From an uncultured Candidatus Saccharibacteria bacterium (GTDB lineage Bacteria; Patescibacteriota; Dojkabacteria; SC72), in assembly GCA_964647075.1 (NCBI GenBank), contig CAZYGQ010000004.1, positions 1 through 33,586 of the forward strand: a stretch of 33,586 bases of DNA, given 5' to 3'. Shown here piece after piece: positions 32,988 to 33,586 of the stretch (the first letter of the stretch is position 1; every line of letters starts with the position of its first letter). The notes beneath the pieces are model-generated. The model worked only from the letters and a program-made list of their open reading frames with translations. It was not told the origin of the DNA and did no database searches. A program made the position numbers and the translations under genes.

Positions 32988-33560
32988 CTAACTCCCAAAC
33001 CTAGCGATTCTTTTATTCCTAGCTTGAACAAATTCCACAGTTTCATTCATATACAGAATGTATTCATCAACCGTTGTCGGAACTGGAACTGACTCAAAGT
33101 TGTCAAATGGGGGTGCAATTCTTACTGAGGAATAATCACTTGATACTGCATCTTGGAATAGAAAGAAGTCTATATAACCCTTAAAATCTTCAAATAATCT
33201 AAAGAAGCTATTGTATCTCTTAAATGTCTCATATAGAGGACTCTCTTGATTTAAATAATATCTTCGAATACATTCAATCGTAAGATCTAAACGGTCACTA
33301 ATCTTACTATTAAACCCTCTTGCGCCATTAATGGTTTGATTATTCCCTATTCTATTACTTGGCCAGACTATGATTCCCCCTATTGTTTCGGCAAGGTTTA
33401 TGAAATTACTAAGTCTATTTTTTGAAATCTGTGAAATTATATGTTCCAGTTTTTTCCATTTTGAAAATGTTGGAATCGCTCTGTCACTAGATAGATAGAA
33501 CTCTCCAATGTCGGATTTATGATAAAGTTGATTGTTTGAAATCTTTGACAATTCAAACAT
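32988..33560 (-). CDS. hypothetical protein (190 aa)
   Basis: ORF from the track. The conserved-looking block INGARGFNSKISDRLDLTIECIRRYYLNQESPLYETFKRYNSFFRLFEDFKGYIDFF was not assigned to a named family. Confidence 0.5.
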   Translation of the reverse strand: MFELSKISNNQLYHKSDIGEFYLSSDRAIPTFSKWKKLEHIISQISKNRLSNFINLAETIGGIIVWPSNRIGNNQTINGARGFNSKISDRLDLTIECIRRYYLNQESPLYETFKRYNSFFRLFEDFKGYIDFFLFQDAVSSDYSSVRIAPPFDNFESVPVPTTVDEYILYMNETVEFVQARNKRIARFGS

Positions 33561-33586
33561 CTTGCCATTAGGTAGAGGTTTACTCC

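Overview
AT-rich, tightly packed bacterial window with many 1-11 nt gene overlaps and many small genes of no recognisable family. This style fits a reduced-genome lineage such as CPR/Patescibacteria, but that is inference only. The left ~5.6 kb is housekeeping: enolase, the t6A genes tsaD and a fused tsaC-tsaE, thioredoxin and a GGDEF cyclase. It ends at a tRNA-Asp(GTC) gene (5636-5712). Everything to the right of the tRNA looks accessory. It is punctuated by eight same-orientation copies of a modular ~60-240 nt repeat that I do not recognise (modules L, a 22-nt core, M and R). The first copy abuts the tRNA 3' end. The copies split the region into discrete gene sets: an AbiEi/AbiEii pair; a 264-aa gene; a divergent mraY-like gene coupled to an M42-like peptidase; a 57-aa sORF flanked by a duplicated core; a 3'-truncated HAD gene; a 5-kb cell-surface locus (WxL-like and DUF916/DUF3324-like proteins with Cys-rich modules and a LysM tail); a two-gene unknown pair; and a single radical-SAM gene between two full-length copies. 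The last copy is followed by a minus-strand block. It holds two unknown genes (one with an RNxxxH HEPN-like motif), a large serine recombinase and a complete Type I R-M operon (hsdM, half-size hsdS with a 12-bp x4 in-frame tandem repeat, hsdR). After that come an ADP-ribosylglycohydrolase, a DUF2726 protein and an unknown 190-aa gene. The best candidate for something undescribed is the tRNA-anchored, repeat-delimited cassette array. No rRNA or CRISPR was seen. All similarity statements come from reading the sequence and translations by eye; no searches or alignments were run.
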